Source: Candidatus Omnitrophota bacterium
Lineage (GTDB): Bacteria > Omnitrophota > Gorgyraeia > Zapsychrales > Fredricksoniimonadaceae
Reading direction: 5' to 3'
NCBI GenBank assembly: GCA_015233335.1
Contig: JADFXX010000004.1
Coordinates: 79,237-143,236, forward strand
DNA: 64,000 nucleotides
In this document: piece by piece, positions 1 to 9,693 of the stretch
How positions within the stretch are numbered: position 1 is the first letter of the stretch
How the letters are laid out: the number at the start of each line of letters is the position of its first letter
Notes under the pieces: model-generated
The model's database searches: none
What the model saw: only the letters and a program-made list of their open reading frames with translations
Told to the model about the DNA's origin: nothing
Translations under genes and position numbers: made by a program

Positions 1-467
1 ACTTCCCTAATAGCACGTTCCACATCTGCCGTAACAGTACCTGCCTTTGGTGTCGGCATAAGTCCGCGGGGGCCAAGCACCTTGCCTAGCTTACTTAAGT
101 CGCGCATCATATCGGGACTTGCCACCACCACATCAAAATCCATAAATCCACCCATGACTTTCTCAATAAGATCACTATCTCCGACATAATCTGCCCCAGC
201 CGCCTGAGCACGGGATACGGCCTCCCCCTTGCAGAAAACAGCTACCCTTACCTTTTTACCGATGCCATGCGGAAGCACCACAGTACCGCGCACGCCCTGG
301 TCTGACGCTTTCAGATCCAAATTGAGATTAAAATGCAATTCAACAGTTTCGTCAAATTTAACCTTAGGAGCACGACTCAATCGATTGACCGCTTCCGGTA
401 GAGGAAGGGGATTTTCTATAACACCAACAGCCTTATGGGCTTCTTTCATTCTTTTGCTCGTTCTCAT
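1..467 (-). CDS. rplA: 50S ribosomal protein L1, N-terminal part (gene runs off the window start)
   Basis: Own translation of the minus strand from ATG at 465-467: MRTSKRMKEAHKAVGVIENPLPLPEAVNRLSRAPKVKFDETVELHFNLNLD...GLMPTPKAGTVT, an L1-like sequence. It follows rplK directly, as in the conserved rplKA cluster. It is absent from the ORF track because the window edge truncates it. Confidence 0.9.
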   Translation of the reverse strand, partial: MRTSKRMKEAHKAVGVIENPLPLPEAVNRLSRAPKVKFDETVELHFNLNLDLKASDQGVRGTVVLPHGIGKKVRVAVFCKGEAVSRAQAAGADYVGDSDLIEKVMGGFMDFDVVVASPDMMRDLSKLGKVLGPRGLMPTPKAGTVTADVERAIRE

Positions 468-471
468 AAAC

Positions 472-897
472 TTATCCTTTTACCTCTATGCCCATGGAAC
501 GGGCCGTACCGACGATGGTGGCAATCGCCTGTTTCATATCAATAGTGTTTAGATCATCCATTTTCATTTTGGCGATCTCTTCGACCTGTTTGAGGCTTAA
601 AGATCCAATGACTTCCTTACCGGTTGTGCCGGAAGCTTTGGCCAATTTAGCACTCTTTTTGATCAACGCCGAGGTCGGAGGTGTTTTGATAATAAAATCG
701 AATGATTTATCCTTGTAGACCGTAATAACAACCGGTAAAGGCAAGGGGTCACGACCTTTAGTTTTGTCATTGAAAGACTTACAAAACATCATGATGTTGA
801 CGCCATGCTGACCTAGAGCCGGCCCGACCGGAGGCGCCGGGTTTGCTTGACCGGCAGGAACATATAATCTGATTTGTGCGATAGCTTCTTTTGCCAT
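472..897 (-). CDS. rplK: 50S ribosomal protein L11
   Basis: Track ORF 472..948. [43 protein letters not shown] is a classic L11 N-terminus. I chose the internal ATG at 897, which gives 141 aa. Confidence 0.95.
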   Translation of the reverse strand: MAKEAIAQIRLYVPAGQANPAPPVGPALGQHGVNIMMFCKSFNDKTKGRDPLPLPVVITVYKDKSFDFIIKTPPTSALIKKSAKLAKASGTTGKEVIGSLSLKQVEEIAKMKMDDLNTIDMKQAIATIVGTARSMGIEVKG

Positions 898-910
898 AGT
901 AGTTCCAGTT

Positions 911-1438
911 TTAAATTTTCTCAACCTGCCAATATTCGAGCTCCACAAGGGTGGATCGTCCGAAAATGGACACGCTGACCTTCAATTTACCGCGATCCGG
1001 ATAAACTTCCATCACCGAACCGTTAAAATTCGCAAAAGGACCCTGCCCGATGCGAATCGCCTCACCCACCTCAAAAACAATCTTCGGAGAAGGTTTGGAC
1101 TCAGTTTCCTGGGTGCGTTTGAGTATATTGTCCACTTCCGTCTCGGTCAAAGGCTGGGGCTGTCTTCCTGGACCGATAAAGCCGGTGATTCCTGGTGTCG
1201 TTTTAACCAGATACCAGCTCTCTTTGGTCATATCCATTTTGATCAACAGGTAACCAGGGAAAAACTTGCGAGTTGTGATTCTTTTTTTACCGCCACGTAC
1301 TTCAGAAACCTGCTCGGTCGGAACGACAACTTCTTGAACAAATTGCTTTAATTCTGTTGTAGCAATACGGCTTTCAAGTCCGGCTCGCGCGCGTTCTTCT
1401 GCCCCTGTCTGCGTATGAACAACATACCATTTCATCAT
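911..1438 (-). CDS. nusG: Transcription termination/antitermination factor NusG
   Basis: 175 aa. [13 protein letters not shown]...[11 protein letters not shown] plus a C-terminal KOW-like region. It sits between secE and rplK. The start ATG overlaps the secE stop (TAATG). Confidence 0.95.
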   Translation of the reverse strand: MMKWYVVHTQTGAEERARAGLESRIATTELKQFVQEVVVPTEQVSEVRGGKKRITTRKFFPGYLLIKMDMTKESWYLVKTTPGITGFIGPGRQPQPLTETEVDNILKRTQETESKPSPKIVFEVGEAIRIGQGPFANFNGSVMEVYPDRGKLKVSVSIFGRSTLVELEYWQVEKI

Positions 1439-1623
1439 TATTTAATAATTATCGCAACACCTTTAGAAAAGGCGAAATCGATAACCCCCACAAAAATACC
1501 CAATAAAAAAGAACTTAAAATAACAATCAGCGTTGAATCCACCAGCTCACGGCGGGTAGTCCAGGAGACTTTCTTCATCTCCGCAAAAACTTCGCTAATA
1601 AATTTTTGGATCCTGGCAATCAT
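1438..1623 (-). CDS. secE: Preprotein translocase subunit SecE
   Basis: 61 aa with a single C-terminal TM helix. KKVSWTTRRELVDSTLIVIL is SecE-like, and the gene holds the conserved position upstream of nusG. Confidence 0.85.
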   Translation of the reverse strand: MIARIQKFISEVFAEMKKVSWTTRRELVDSTLIVILSSFLLGIFVGVIDFAFSKGVAIIIK

Positions 1624-1656
1624 CTTTTTTTATTTTGGCCTGCGGCCAAAATAAAA

Positions 1657-1730
1657 CAGGCCTGGCAGGAGTCGAACCTGCAACGCACGGTTTTGGAGAC
1701 CGTCGCTCTACCAATTGGAGCTACAGGCCT
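1657..1730 (-). tRNA. trnW: tRNA-Trp (anticodon CCA)
   Basis: Hand-folded cloverleaf of the reverse complement: AGGCCTG/TA/GCTC-CAATTGGTA-GAGC/G/ACGGT-CTCCAAA-ACCGT/GCGTT/GCAGG-TTCGACT-CCTGC/CAGGCCT-G. The 3' CCA is not encoded. Confidence 0.9.
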
Positions 1731-1757
1731 ATGTCGTCACAGGTTTTTAAATTCGGT

Positions 1758-1910
1758 TTATTTTTTTGTCTCTTTGTGCAATGCATGTTTGCGGCAAAAA
1801 GGACAAAACTTCTTTAACTCCAGGCGCTCTGGTTTCTGTTTTTTGTCTTTAGTACTGTTGTAATTAATGCGATTGCACTCGGTGCACTGAAAATGAATTG
1901 TCTCGCGCAT
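1758..1910 (-). CDS. rpmG: 50S ribosomal protein L33
   Basis: Own translation; the ORF falls below the track's length cutoff. [50 protein letters not shown], 50 aa, carries the CxxC...CxxC L33 zinc ribbon. Confidence 0.85.
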   Translation of the reverse strand: MRETIHFQCTECNRINYNSTKDKKQKPERLELKKFCPFCRKHALHKETKK

Positions 1911-1978
1911 ATCTATTCCTGATTCCTTGCGCTCCTCCGTCTCATAACGGAGTCACAGAAGATTTGTGTTTATGAAGA

Positions 1979-2052
1979 AGCCCCCGAGCGGTTTTGAACC
2001 GCTGGCCTCGTCCTTACCAAGGACGTGCTCTACCAAACTGAGCTACAGGGGC
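1979..2052 (-). tRNA. trnT: tRNA-Thr (anticodon GGU)
   Basis: Hand-folded: GCCCCTG/TA/GCTC-AGTTTGGTA-GAGC/A/CGTCC-TTGGTAA-GGACG/AGGCC/AGCGG-TTCAAAA-CCGCT/CGGGGGC-T. Confidence 0.9.
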
Positions 2053-2112
2053 AGCATATCCGACCGCCTGCAGCATTTGCCCTAAAAAAATAGGCCAAAA
2101 TAATGAACCAAG

Positions 2113-2141
2113 AGTATATCCGCAGACGAAAATATTGTCAA
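2113..2141 (-). promoter_or_regulatory. Sigma-70-type promoter for the tRNA-Thr/rpmG/tRNA-Trp/secE/nusG unit
   Basis: The minus strand reads TTGACA (2141-2136), a 17-nt spacer, then TATACT (2118-2113). This lies about 55 nt upstream of the tRNA-Thr 5' end. Confidence 0.55.
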
Positions 2142-2156
2142 GAATATTTTTTAACA

Positions 2157-3305
2157 CTACACAAGCTTTAGAAAACGCCTTTTGCCAATCTTCAAAACCC
2201 CAGTGGTCACAGGCCAATTCTCGTCGAAAACCACCTTCCCCTCATGAGTCACGGCTTTTTCATTAAGTAAGCGGCGAGCTTCTTTTTTAGAGGCCGCCAT
2301 TTTCCCAACCACCAGAATGTCTACTAATTTCTGTCCTGGGATAATTTTAAATTCGGGAATATTATCAGGCGTTTGATGCCGGCTGAAGGTGTTTTCAAAA
2401 TGCTCGCGTGCATTCAAAGCGGCGGATGAGGGGTTAAACATTTCGACCACAATCTGCCCAAGCCGCAATTTGGCCTCTTTAGGATGCATCTGGGCAACGA
2501 CCCTCATATCTATATCTGTTAGAGTCTCATAATAACGCAGCATCAGATCATCGCTAATAGACATAATTTTTCCAAAAATCTCATCGGGCTCATCATTGAT
2601 ACCGATAGTATTTCCCAACGACTTGCTCATTTTTTGAACACCATCCGTCCCCTCCAAAAGAGGCGTCATCAGAACTACTTGAGGCTTCTGATGATACGCT
2701 TCCTGTAACTGCCTTCCCATCAACAAATTAAATTTCTGATCATTCCCTCCTAATTCAACATCTGCTTTCAAATGCACGGAATCATAACCTTGGAGAAGAG
2801 GGTAAATAAACTCGAGCAGACTGATTTCTTTACCGCATTCAAAACGTTTCTTAAAGTCGGCACGCGCAAGCATCTGAGCGACCGTTAAGTGGGCGGATAG
2901 TTCCAACAGGTCTGCAAGGTTTAATTTGTTAAGCCAATGACTGTTAAACACCACTTCTGTTTTTTGAGGGTCTAAAATTTTGAAGACCTGAGCTTCATAG
3001 GTACGGGCATTTTTTTCAACATCCGCTGCTGACATTTTCTTGCGCAATTCATTACGTCCCGTTGGGTCCCCAACTTGGGCCGTAAAATCACCGATCAAAA
3101 AAACCACCCTATGTCCCAAATCCTGGAACTGTTTCATTTTTCGTAATAAAACTGTATGGCCTAAATGAATATCCGGAGCGGTAGGGTCGAAACCAGCTTT
3201 AATAACAAGCGGACGTCCTTCATTGAGCTTACCCTCAAGATCGCCTAAGCTTATGATTTCTGTTGTACCACGCGAAAGTTTTTTAAGAGTATCTTGAGTG
3301 GACAT
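2157..3305 (-). CDS. tyrS: Tyrosine--tRNA ligase
   Basis: 382 aa. It has the class I HIGH-type motif (PDIHLGH), KMSKS, a GGNDQKFN segment and a C-terminal S4-like domain. Confidence 0.92.
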   Translation of the reverse strand: MSTQDTLKKLSRGTTEIISLGDLEGKLNEGRPLVIKAGFDPTAPDIHLGHTVLLRKMKQFQDLGHRVVFLIGDFTAQVGDPTGRNELRKKMSAADVEKNARTYEAQVFKILDPQKTEVVFNSHWLNKLNLADLLELSAHLTVAQMLARADFKKRFECGKEISLLEFIYPLLQGYDSVHLKADVELGGNDQKFNLLMGRQLQEAYHQKPQVVLMTPLLEGTDGVQKMSKSLGNTIGINDEPDEIFGKIMSISDDLMLRYYETLTDIDMRVVAQMHPKEAKLRLGQIVVEMFNPSSAALNAREHFENTFSRHQTPDNIPEFKIIPGQKLVDILVVGKMAASKKEARRLLNEKAVTHEGKVVFDENWPVTTGVLKIGKRRFLKLV

Positions 3306-3334
3306 ATAGGAGAAACAAAATACAACTGGCTACC

Positions 3335-3389
3335 AAAAAAGTAGGGACAGACACCACTTACCTTAAGGGAAAGTGGTTTCTGTCCCTGC
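3335..3389 (-). terminator. Rho-independent terminator after rpsA
   Basis: Minus strand: GCAGGGACAGAAACCACTT, loop, AAGTGGTGTCTGTCCCTAC, then TTTTTT. The stem is 19 bp with one mismatch and one G-U pair. Confidence 0.7.
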
Positions 3390-3392
3390 TTT

Positions 3393-4937
3393 TTATAACC
3401 TTGCGCTGACGCCGATTTTCATACCCTCGACATCGACTTTAATAATTTTAACCTGGAGCTTATCGCCAGCTTTAAGTGCTGCGGCCTGAGTCTTTTCAAT
3501 TTCCGAAGAATAAACTAAAGCTTCGATGTCATCTTCCAATTTTACAAAAACTCCGAAATTAGAGTTCATGATGACAACAGCTGGAACAATGGCACCTACG
3601 GGAAATTTATCAGCTATGCTGTTCCAAGGATTAGCCTGTAGCTGCTTGAGTCCCAAAGTAATCTTTCGGGCTTCAGTTTCAACAGACAGGATGCTGACCT
3701 GTACTTCCTGCCCTTTTTGAACAACTTCCTGAGGATGGTTGATTTTTTTGGTCCAGGACATATCAGAGACATGGATCATGCCTTCGAGCCCGTTGCCTAA
3801 TTCGACGAAAGCACCGTAATCAGTAAACCCCCGGACAACACCTTTAACAATCGAACCGACACTAAATTTAGCGGCCGCATTGCTCCACGGATTTTCTTCT
3901 AACTGTTTCATGCTCAAGGAAATGCGCTTAGCATCTTTATCCACATTGATCACTTGAACCTCAATAACATCCCCTAATTTAAACATTTCCTGAGGGTTGA
4001 CCATTTTCTTCTGCCAAGTGATTTCGGAAGAATGCAGGAGGCCTTCAATGCCTTTGTCAATCTCAACAAAAACACCATACGGCATAATATTGACAACTTT
4101 ACCCTTAATCCGGGCACCAGGAGGGAATTTAACGACCGACTCATCCCAGGGGTTTGAGGTGATCTGTTTGAGCCCCAACGAAACTTTGGAATTGTCCTTA
4201 TCGAAGTCCAGAATCAAAACCTCAAGCTTCTGCCCTACAGAAACGATCTCTGAGGGATGATTAATGCGGCTCCAGCTCATATCTGTGATGTGCAAAAGAC
4301 CGTCCACTCCTCCTAGATCAATAAACGCCCCAAAATCGGTGATTCCTTTGACTGTGCCGCGACGTTTCTGTCCCTTTTTGAGCTCATTCCAAAGTTTTTC
4401 ACGAACTTCTTCCCTTTCCTTCTGTACCATTTCACGACGGGAAAGGATCAAATTGCGGCGCTGCTTGTTCATCTTGGCCACCACAAACTTGTAATTGTGG
4501 GCGGTAATGTCATGGTTAGACAAACCTTTGAAAGCTGACAAAGACATCGGTAAAAAAGCCTCGATACCGAAAACATCAACAATATACCCACCCTTGACCG
4601 CACGCATGATCCGGCCTTCGAGGATATCCCCTTCATTAATGTCATCAGAAATCTTCTGCCAGCCTTTCAGCCGTTCGGCCTTGGCATAGGACAGAATCAG
4701 ACGGCCATTGTCATCCTCAATATTTTCAATCAAAACCTCAAGCTGCTGCCCTATGGCCAATTCGGTGGGGTTACGAAATTCTTCTATCGGGACGAATCCT
4801 TCAGACTTAAAACCAATGTCGACGATAACCTCCTTAGGGGTGATTGCCGCGATGGTTCCTTTTGACACCTCGCCTTCCTTAATATCCTTCAAGGTGCTAG
4901 CGTACAACTCTTCCATTACTGATCTATCTGCATCCAT
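3393..4937 (-). CDS. rpsA: 30S ribosomal protein S1
   Basis: 514 aa made of repeated S1 OB-fold modules (GxVxxIxxxGxFVxL patterns recur about 6 times). Confidence 0.92.
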   Translation of the reverse strand: MDADRSVMEELYASTLKDIKEGEVSKGTIAAITPKEVIVDIGFKSEGFVPIEEFRNPTELAIGQQLEVLIENIEDDNGRLILSYAKAERLKGWQKISDDINEGDILEGRIMRAVKGGYIVDVFGIEAFLPMSLSAFKGLSNHDITAHNYKFVVAKMNKQRRNLILSRREMVQKEREEVREKLWNELKKGQKRRGTVKGITDFGAFIDLGGVDGLLHITDMSWSRINHPSEIVSVGQKLEVLILDFDKDNSKVSLGLKQITSNPWDESVVKFPPGARIKGKVVNIMPYGVFVEIDKGIEGLLHSSEITWQKKMVNPQEMFKLGDVIEVQVINVDKDAKRISLSMKQLEENPWSNAAAKFSVGSIVKGVVRGFTDYGAFVELGNGLEGMIHVSDMSWTKKINHPQEVVQKGQEVQVSILSVETEARKITLGLKQLQANPWNSIADKFPVGAIVPAVVIMNSNFGVFVKLEDDIEALVYSSEIEKTQAAALKAGDKLQVKIIKVDVEGMKIGVSARL

Positions 4938-5077
4938 GGATTTAAAACCTCTTTCTTTACAGGAATTCTTTGCACGAATAACTCATCCCGCCAGGCGGGA
5001 TACATCGACAAAGTCTGGTAATTATGCCAAAAAAGTCTTAAATGTCAAGAAATTCTTTGTCTGGTCAATGGAATTTT

Positions 5078-5668
5078 TTAAAACGGCTTTGGGGCCAAGG
5101 CGTAAATTTTATCTAAGATACGCCCGGATGCTTCTTCATAACTGGAAGCATCACTGACGGAGAATGGCTCTCCGAATGTGGCAAACACACGTCCCCTTTT
5201 AAAGAATTTAGCGCCTCGAGGCAAGACATGATCGGTCCCCTGGACAAAAACAGGCACGACCGAAACCCCGGATTTCATGGCTAAAAAACCAGCCCCCGGT
5301 TGAGCTCGGGAAGGCTGATTGCCGATACGCCGGGTACCTTCCACAAAGATCAAAATCACCCGGCCGTTTTTCAAACGCTTGAGAGCTTCTTTCATGGCGC
5401 CTAAATCCGCCTCACCCCTTTTGACCGGAAAAGCCCCGAGGCGGGTTAAGACGAACCCCAAGGCCCCTTTAAATAATTCGATCTTGGCCATAAAATTAAT
5501 CCGTCGCACGGAACAAATGCCTAAAACCACCGGATCCAGGTAACTGGCGTGATTACTTGCAAGAATAAAAGCGCCCTTTCGAGGAATGTTACTAGTCTGA
5601 TAGGTACTAAAAGGAAAAAATAACCAGCTCACAACTTTGGTCAAAAAATAAACAATGTAATAAATCAT
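5078..5668 (-). CDS. plsC: 1-acyl-sn-glycerol-3-phosphate acyltransferase family
   Basis: 196 aa. It has the acyltransferase motif NHASYLDP (NHxxxxD), FVEGTR and an N-terminal TM segment. Confidence 0.8.
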   Translation of the reverse strand: MIYYIVYFLTKVVSWLFFPFSTYQTSNIPRKGAFILASNHASYLDPVVLGICSVRRINFMAKIELFKGALGFVLTRLGAFPVKRGEADLGAMKEALKRLKNGRVILIFVEGTRRIGNQPSRAQPGAGFLAMKSGVSVVPVFVQGTDHVLPRGAKFFKRGRVFATFGEPFSVSDASSYEEASGRILDKIYALAPKPF

Positions 5669-5688
5669 AGTTTAAATAACGATCGTTT

Positions 5689-6375
5689 CTAGATTAAATT
5701 AAACCGATAACCGATCCCCGGCTCATTAATAATACGTTTAGGTTGAGCTGGGTTGTCTTCGATTTTCTGACGCAAATGGTTTAAATACACCCTTGCTGAA
5801 TTTGATTTCTCTTCATTATCCGTCCCCCACACTTCCCTTAAAATTTGTCGCATCGTTAATACCCGCCCTGCGTTCTTGATCAATGAAGTCAATAAACCAT
5901 ACTCAATGGCAGTTAACTTAAGCGCTTTACCGTTCAGAGCGACCATACGGGTATTAAACTCAATACGTAACCCGGCATTATTAAAAATTTCATTCACGAT
6001 CCCCTGTGTCGTTTTTCGTCTCAAAACCGCAGAAAGCCTAGCTGTCAGTTCAGTGGCGGAAAATGGTTTTGTGACATAATCATCCGCTCCGCTTTCTAAA
6101 CATTTCACTTTTATTTCTTCCTGGCCTCGCACGGAAACCATAATGACCGCAACATCGCTAAATTCTCTAATACGCAAGAGCACGTCAAAGCCTTCCATAT
6201 CCGGCAAGCCCATATCTAGAAGCACCGCATGGGGTTTTTTATAAACAAGTTCCGCTAATCCTTTTTCACCGCTGGCAGCAAATACAACTTCATACCCGGC
6301 ATGATTGAGAATAACCCCCAACATTTTCTGGATTTGCGGTTCGTCATCGATAACAAGAACAATCCCCTTGGCCAT
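5689..6375 (-). CDS. kdpE: OmpR-family response regulator KdpE
   Basis: 228 aa with a receiver domain (VLVIDDEP...LLDMGLPDMEG) and a winged-helix output (GIGYRF). It lies immediately downstream of kdpD. Confidence 0.85.
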   Translation of the reverse strand: MAKGIVLVIDDEPQIQKMLGVILNHAGYEVVFAASGEKGLAELVYKKPHAVLLDMGLPDMEGFDVLLRIREFSDVAVIMVSVRGQEEIKVKCLESGADDYVTKPFSATELTARLSAVLRRKTTQGIVNEIFNNAGLRIEFNTRMVALNGKALKLTAIEYGLLTSLIKNAGRVLTMRQILREVWGTDNEEKSNSARVYLNHLRQKIEDNPAQPKRIINEPGIGYRFNLI

Positions 6376-6376
6376 C

Positions 6377-9019
6377 TTATTCTTTTTCTACCATTGGTAA
6401 AGTGATCGTCACCATGAACCCCTTGGGAGACAAGTTCTCCGCTTCCACATCGCCATCATTCAACTGAACAAAGCGACGGGCTATGGAAAGCCCTAGACCT
6501 AAACCGCCTTTTTTTGTTTTTGCTCCCCGATAAAATTTATCAAAAATCTTAGTCAAAACTTCTTTAGGGATGCCTTCCCCCTCATCAATGACACTGATTC
6601 TGATCTTTTGATCCATGATACGCACTTGAACATCAATATCCCGGCCTTCAGGGCCGTGCACGAGAGCGTTATGGATGATATTCTTCAATGCCTGCGTAAT
6701 CATATAAAAATCAACATTCACATACAAAGGCCCTTGAGGGCAATCCAGCAAAATGCGCTTTTCATCCCCTTGTGTGGCTGCCTGTTTGAGGGCATGGGCA
6801 ATGATATCCTTGACCTCACACCAGGCAAAATTAGGTCTTAAATTACCCGTATCCAATTTAGTCAAATCCAACACTGCATCGACCCCGCTTGTCAAACGCA
6901 GGCAGGCCAAACGACATTCTTCAAGAAGGTCCATTGCGTCCTGAGGCCACTGATGGTATAAGACCAAAGCATCCAAATAACCGGAAATAATCGTCAAGGG
7001 GGTCTTTAGTTCATGAGATAAATTATCGAGTAAAGCGCTTTGCAAATTTTGTGTATCTTCCTTCATCTTAGCTTCCCGCGAAATCTTAAGCAGCTGATCC
7101 TTTTCTAGCATCACCGTCATAAGGGCTGTAAATGATTCTAATAGTGTCCTTTGGGCGAAATCCAGAGGTTTATCGTTCAAGAGTTTAATCACCAATACTG
7201 CCCTCACCTGTCCCGTTGACATTAAGGGCAGGTACATTAAAGGCTGCTGTGCTAAAGTATCGGAAAAACGACCGGCCGCTTTCTTATTAGCCACAACCCA
7301 CTGAACTAAGCCTTTCTGATTCTCAGTCATTTCTACATAATCCCCCAAGGGACTGGCAAAAAGGGGTTGTTCATTCTCATCAATCATCAACACGCTGCTA
7401 TTACACTGGCAGAGCAAATTAATTTGTCCGGTAGCGACCCTCATAGCTTGGGCGACATCAGTGCTAAGAGCTAGCGCACGGGTCAACTCATACAAAGATT
7501 CAGAGCGCTGTCTTTGCTTTTGTTCGATCTCTTTTTGACGGCGCAGCTTGGAGGTGACCAGTCCCATCATTAAGGCCGTCACAAAAAACATGCCCAAAAT
7601 ACCAAGGTCGTAACTACTTCTAAGATTAAAAGTGTATTTAGGAGGAATGAACAAAAAATCCCATGCAACACCGCTTAAGGCCGCCAGCATTAATGCCGCG
7701 CTTCTGCCTAAAAAAACTCCGCTCAAAACGACTGTCAGCAAATACATGAGACCCAAAGTTTGATAGCCCGTCAACGGTTCTAAAAATATATTCACTATGG
7801 TCGCAATAGCAAACATCAAGAAGCTCAATCCATATTCACGCGGCTTAATGTGAGGAAGGAAATCTTTTGGTTTGCGTGGAAAATTCTTTTCTGACGATGA
7901 TATACGCACCATGTGGACATCGATCTGTCCGCTAAGATTAACCAGCCTTTCCGCCATAGGTGTGATCCCCAGCCACCGCTGCCAATTTGTCTCAACAGAT
8001 TTCCCGATAATAATTTGGGTAACATTTTCGTTATTAGCCACGTCAATGATCACTTGAGCAAGATCATCCCCTACCTGGTGGATGATCTCAGCCCCCAATT
8101 GACGGGCCAGGCTCAAATTCCTCATCAAACGGTCTTTATGTTCTTCGTTGAGGGGTTGAGAGCCTTCGACATGCAGGGCAATCCAGGAAGCGTCCAGCAT
8201 CCCTGCCCAACGACGGGTCATGCGGATGAGCGACTCCGAGAAAGGAGTGATCCCTACCGCGACTAAAATACGCTCTCCGCTTTTGGTGGGTCCTGATATA
8301 CCGCGGGCCGACATAAGCGAACGCAAATTCCGGTTAACATGTGCGGTGGTCAAGCGCAAGGCCATTTCCCGCAGGGCCGTTAGATTCTCAGTTTTAAAAA
8401 AATTATTTGTAGCGGCGCGCGCCTGGTCCGGGACATACACCTTGCCTTCCGCCAGACGTTGATGCAAAGCTTGCGGGGATAGATCGACCAAGGTGATTTC
8501 AGAAGCTTCGTCGAGGATGGTATCCGGGACTGTTTCTCCGACGATCACTCGGGTGACCGCAAGAATATCTTCCCGTCGACTGTCGACATGCTGGACATTC
8601 AAGGTGGTAAAAACATCAATGTCCGCAGAAAGGATTTCTAAGACATCCTGATAGCGTTTAGGATGCCGGCTGCCGGAGGCATTGGTATGAGCGAGCTCGT
8701 CGACCAAAACTAATTGAGGACGACGTTTGAGGATTTCATCAATATCCATTTCCTCAAGAGTAATGCCACGGTAATCCACTTTTTTAAGGGGAATTTGCTC
8801 TAACCCTTCGAGAAGGGCCTGGGTTTCAGCACGGCCATGCGTGCAGACCACCCCTACCAATACTCTAAACCCTTCAGCCTGACGCTGGCGCGCCTCCTGA
8901 AGCATAGCGTAAGTCTTACCGACACCGGGACACATGCCAAAAAATATTTTCAGCTTGCCGCGGTGGCTATCTTCAGCTTTAACCCTTGCTAAGATTGCGT
9001 CCGGATCAGGTCGTTCCAT
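6377..9019 (-). CDS. kdpD: Sensor histidine kinase KdpD
   Basis: 880 aa. The N-terminal KdpD domain carries a P-loop (GMCPGVGKTY). This is followed by a Usp-like region, 4 TM helices, a GAF-like region, an H-box (SHELKTPLT) and an ATPase domain. Confidence 0.92.
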   Translation of the reverse strand: MERPDPDAILARVKAEDSHRGKLKIFFGMCPGVGKTYAMLQEARQRQAEGFRVLVGVVCTHGRAETQALLEGLEQIPLKKVDYRGITLEEMDIDEILKRRPQLVLVDELAHTNASGSRHPKRYQDVLEILSADIDVFTTLNVQHVDSRREDILAVTRVIVGETVPDTILDEASEITLVDLSPQALHQRLAEGKVYVPDQARAATNNFFKTENLTALREMALRLTTAHVNRNLRSLMSARGISGPTKSGERILVAVGITPFSESLIRMTRRWAGMLDASWIALHVEGSQPLNEEHKDRLMRNLSLARQLGAEIIHQVGDDLAQVIIDVANNENVTQIIIGKSVETNWQRWLGITPMAERLVNLSGQIDVHMVRISSSEKNFPRKPKDFLPHIKPREYGLSFLMFAIATIVNIFLEPLTGYQTLGLMYLLTVVLSGVFLGRSAALMLAALSGVAWDFLFIPPKYTFNLRSSYDLGILGMFFVTALMMGLVTSKLRRQKEIEQKQRQRSESLYELTRALALSTDVAQAMRVATGQINLLCQCNSSVLMIDENEQPLFASPLGDYVEMTENQKGLVQWVVANKKAAGRFSDTLAQQPLMYLPLMSTGQVRAVLVIKLLNDKPLDFAQRTLLESFTALMTVMLEKDQLLKISREAKMKEDTQNLQSALLDNLSHELKTPLTIISGYLDALVLYHQWPQDAMDLLEECRLACLRLTSGVDAVLDLTKLDTGNLRPNFAWCEVKDIIAHALKQAATQGDEKRILLDCPQGPLYVNVDFYMITQALKNIIHNALVHGPEGRDIDVQVRIMDQKIRISVIDEGEGIPKEVLTKIFDKFYRGAKTKKGGLGLGLSIARRFVQLNDGDVEAENLSPKGFMVTITLPMVEKE

Positions 9020-9099
9020 GCATTATATCATACTCGCTACAATGGTCATTGCGAGCACTTTTTAAACTCCCGGTCAGCCAGGCAAGAAACAGGGAATAT

Positions 9100-9678
9100 T
9101 TATTTTTTATATGCATCAAGTGCCAAGTTGACCAGTAAGACATTCACAACCGGCTCACCGAGCAGTCCTAAGAATCGGTTCCGGGTATTTTGATCTACCA
9201 ATATTTTTATCTCCTGTTGCGATAAGCCTCTCACACGTGCGATGCGCGGGATTTGATAGAAGGCTGCCGCCAAGCTGACATGGGGGTCCAACCCGCTCGC
9301 TGATGAAGTAACTAAATCCACCGGTATGGGAGTTTGATTATCGGGATCAGCCGCTTTCAAAGCAGTTATCCGCGCCTTGACCTCATCCATTAAAGCAGGA
9401 TTTGTAGGCCCTAGGTTTGAACCAGAAGAAGCGGAGGCATTATAAGCAGGGCTTGTCGCTGAAATCCTGCCCCAAAAATATTTAGGGTCATCAAAATTCT
9501 GGCCGATCAAAGAAGATCCCGCGACCTTGCCGTCTTTCAAGAGTATCAAACTACCTTCGGCTTGTTTATGAAACACACTTTGAGCAATACTGGTCACGAC
9601 CAGCGGATAAAGAATGCCTGTAAGCGCCGATAACAGGACAAATGAGACGATCGCCGGTCTAATTTGAGCAAGGATCAT
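9100..9678 (-). CDS. kdpC: K+-transporting ATPase subunit KdpC
   Basis: 192 aa with an N-terminal TM helix. ASGLDPHVS is a KdpC signature, and the gene occupies the expected position in the operon. Confidence 0.9.
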   Translation of the reverse strand: MILAQIRPAIVSFVLLSALTGILYPLVVTSIAQSVFHKQAEGSLILLKDGKVAGSSLIGQNFDDPKYFWGRISATSPAYNASASSGSNLGPTNPALMDEVKARITALKAADPDNQTPIPVDLVTSSASGLDPHVSLAAAFYQIPRIARVRGLSQQEIKILVDQNTRNRFLGLLGEPVVNVLLVNLALDAYKK

Positions 9679-9693
9679 TTTAACTACCTCCGT

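Noticed and set aside
2014-2217. 67-aa ORF overlapping tRNA-Thr and the promoter region.
   Set aside because: It overlaps a well-folded tRNA and the 3' end of tyrS, and it has no protein-like features.
3306-3392. Looked for a T-box leader upstream of tyrS.
   Set aside because: Only 87 nt separate tyrS from rpsA, and most of that is the rpsA terminator hairpin. That is too short for a T-box, and no specifier/T-box sequence is visible.
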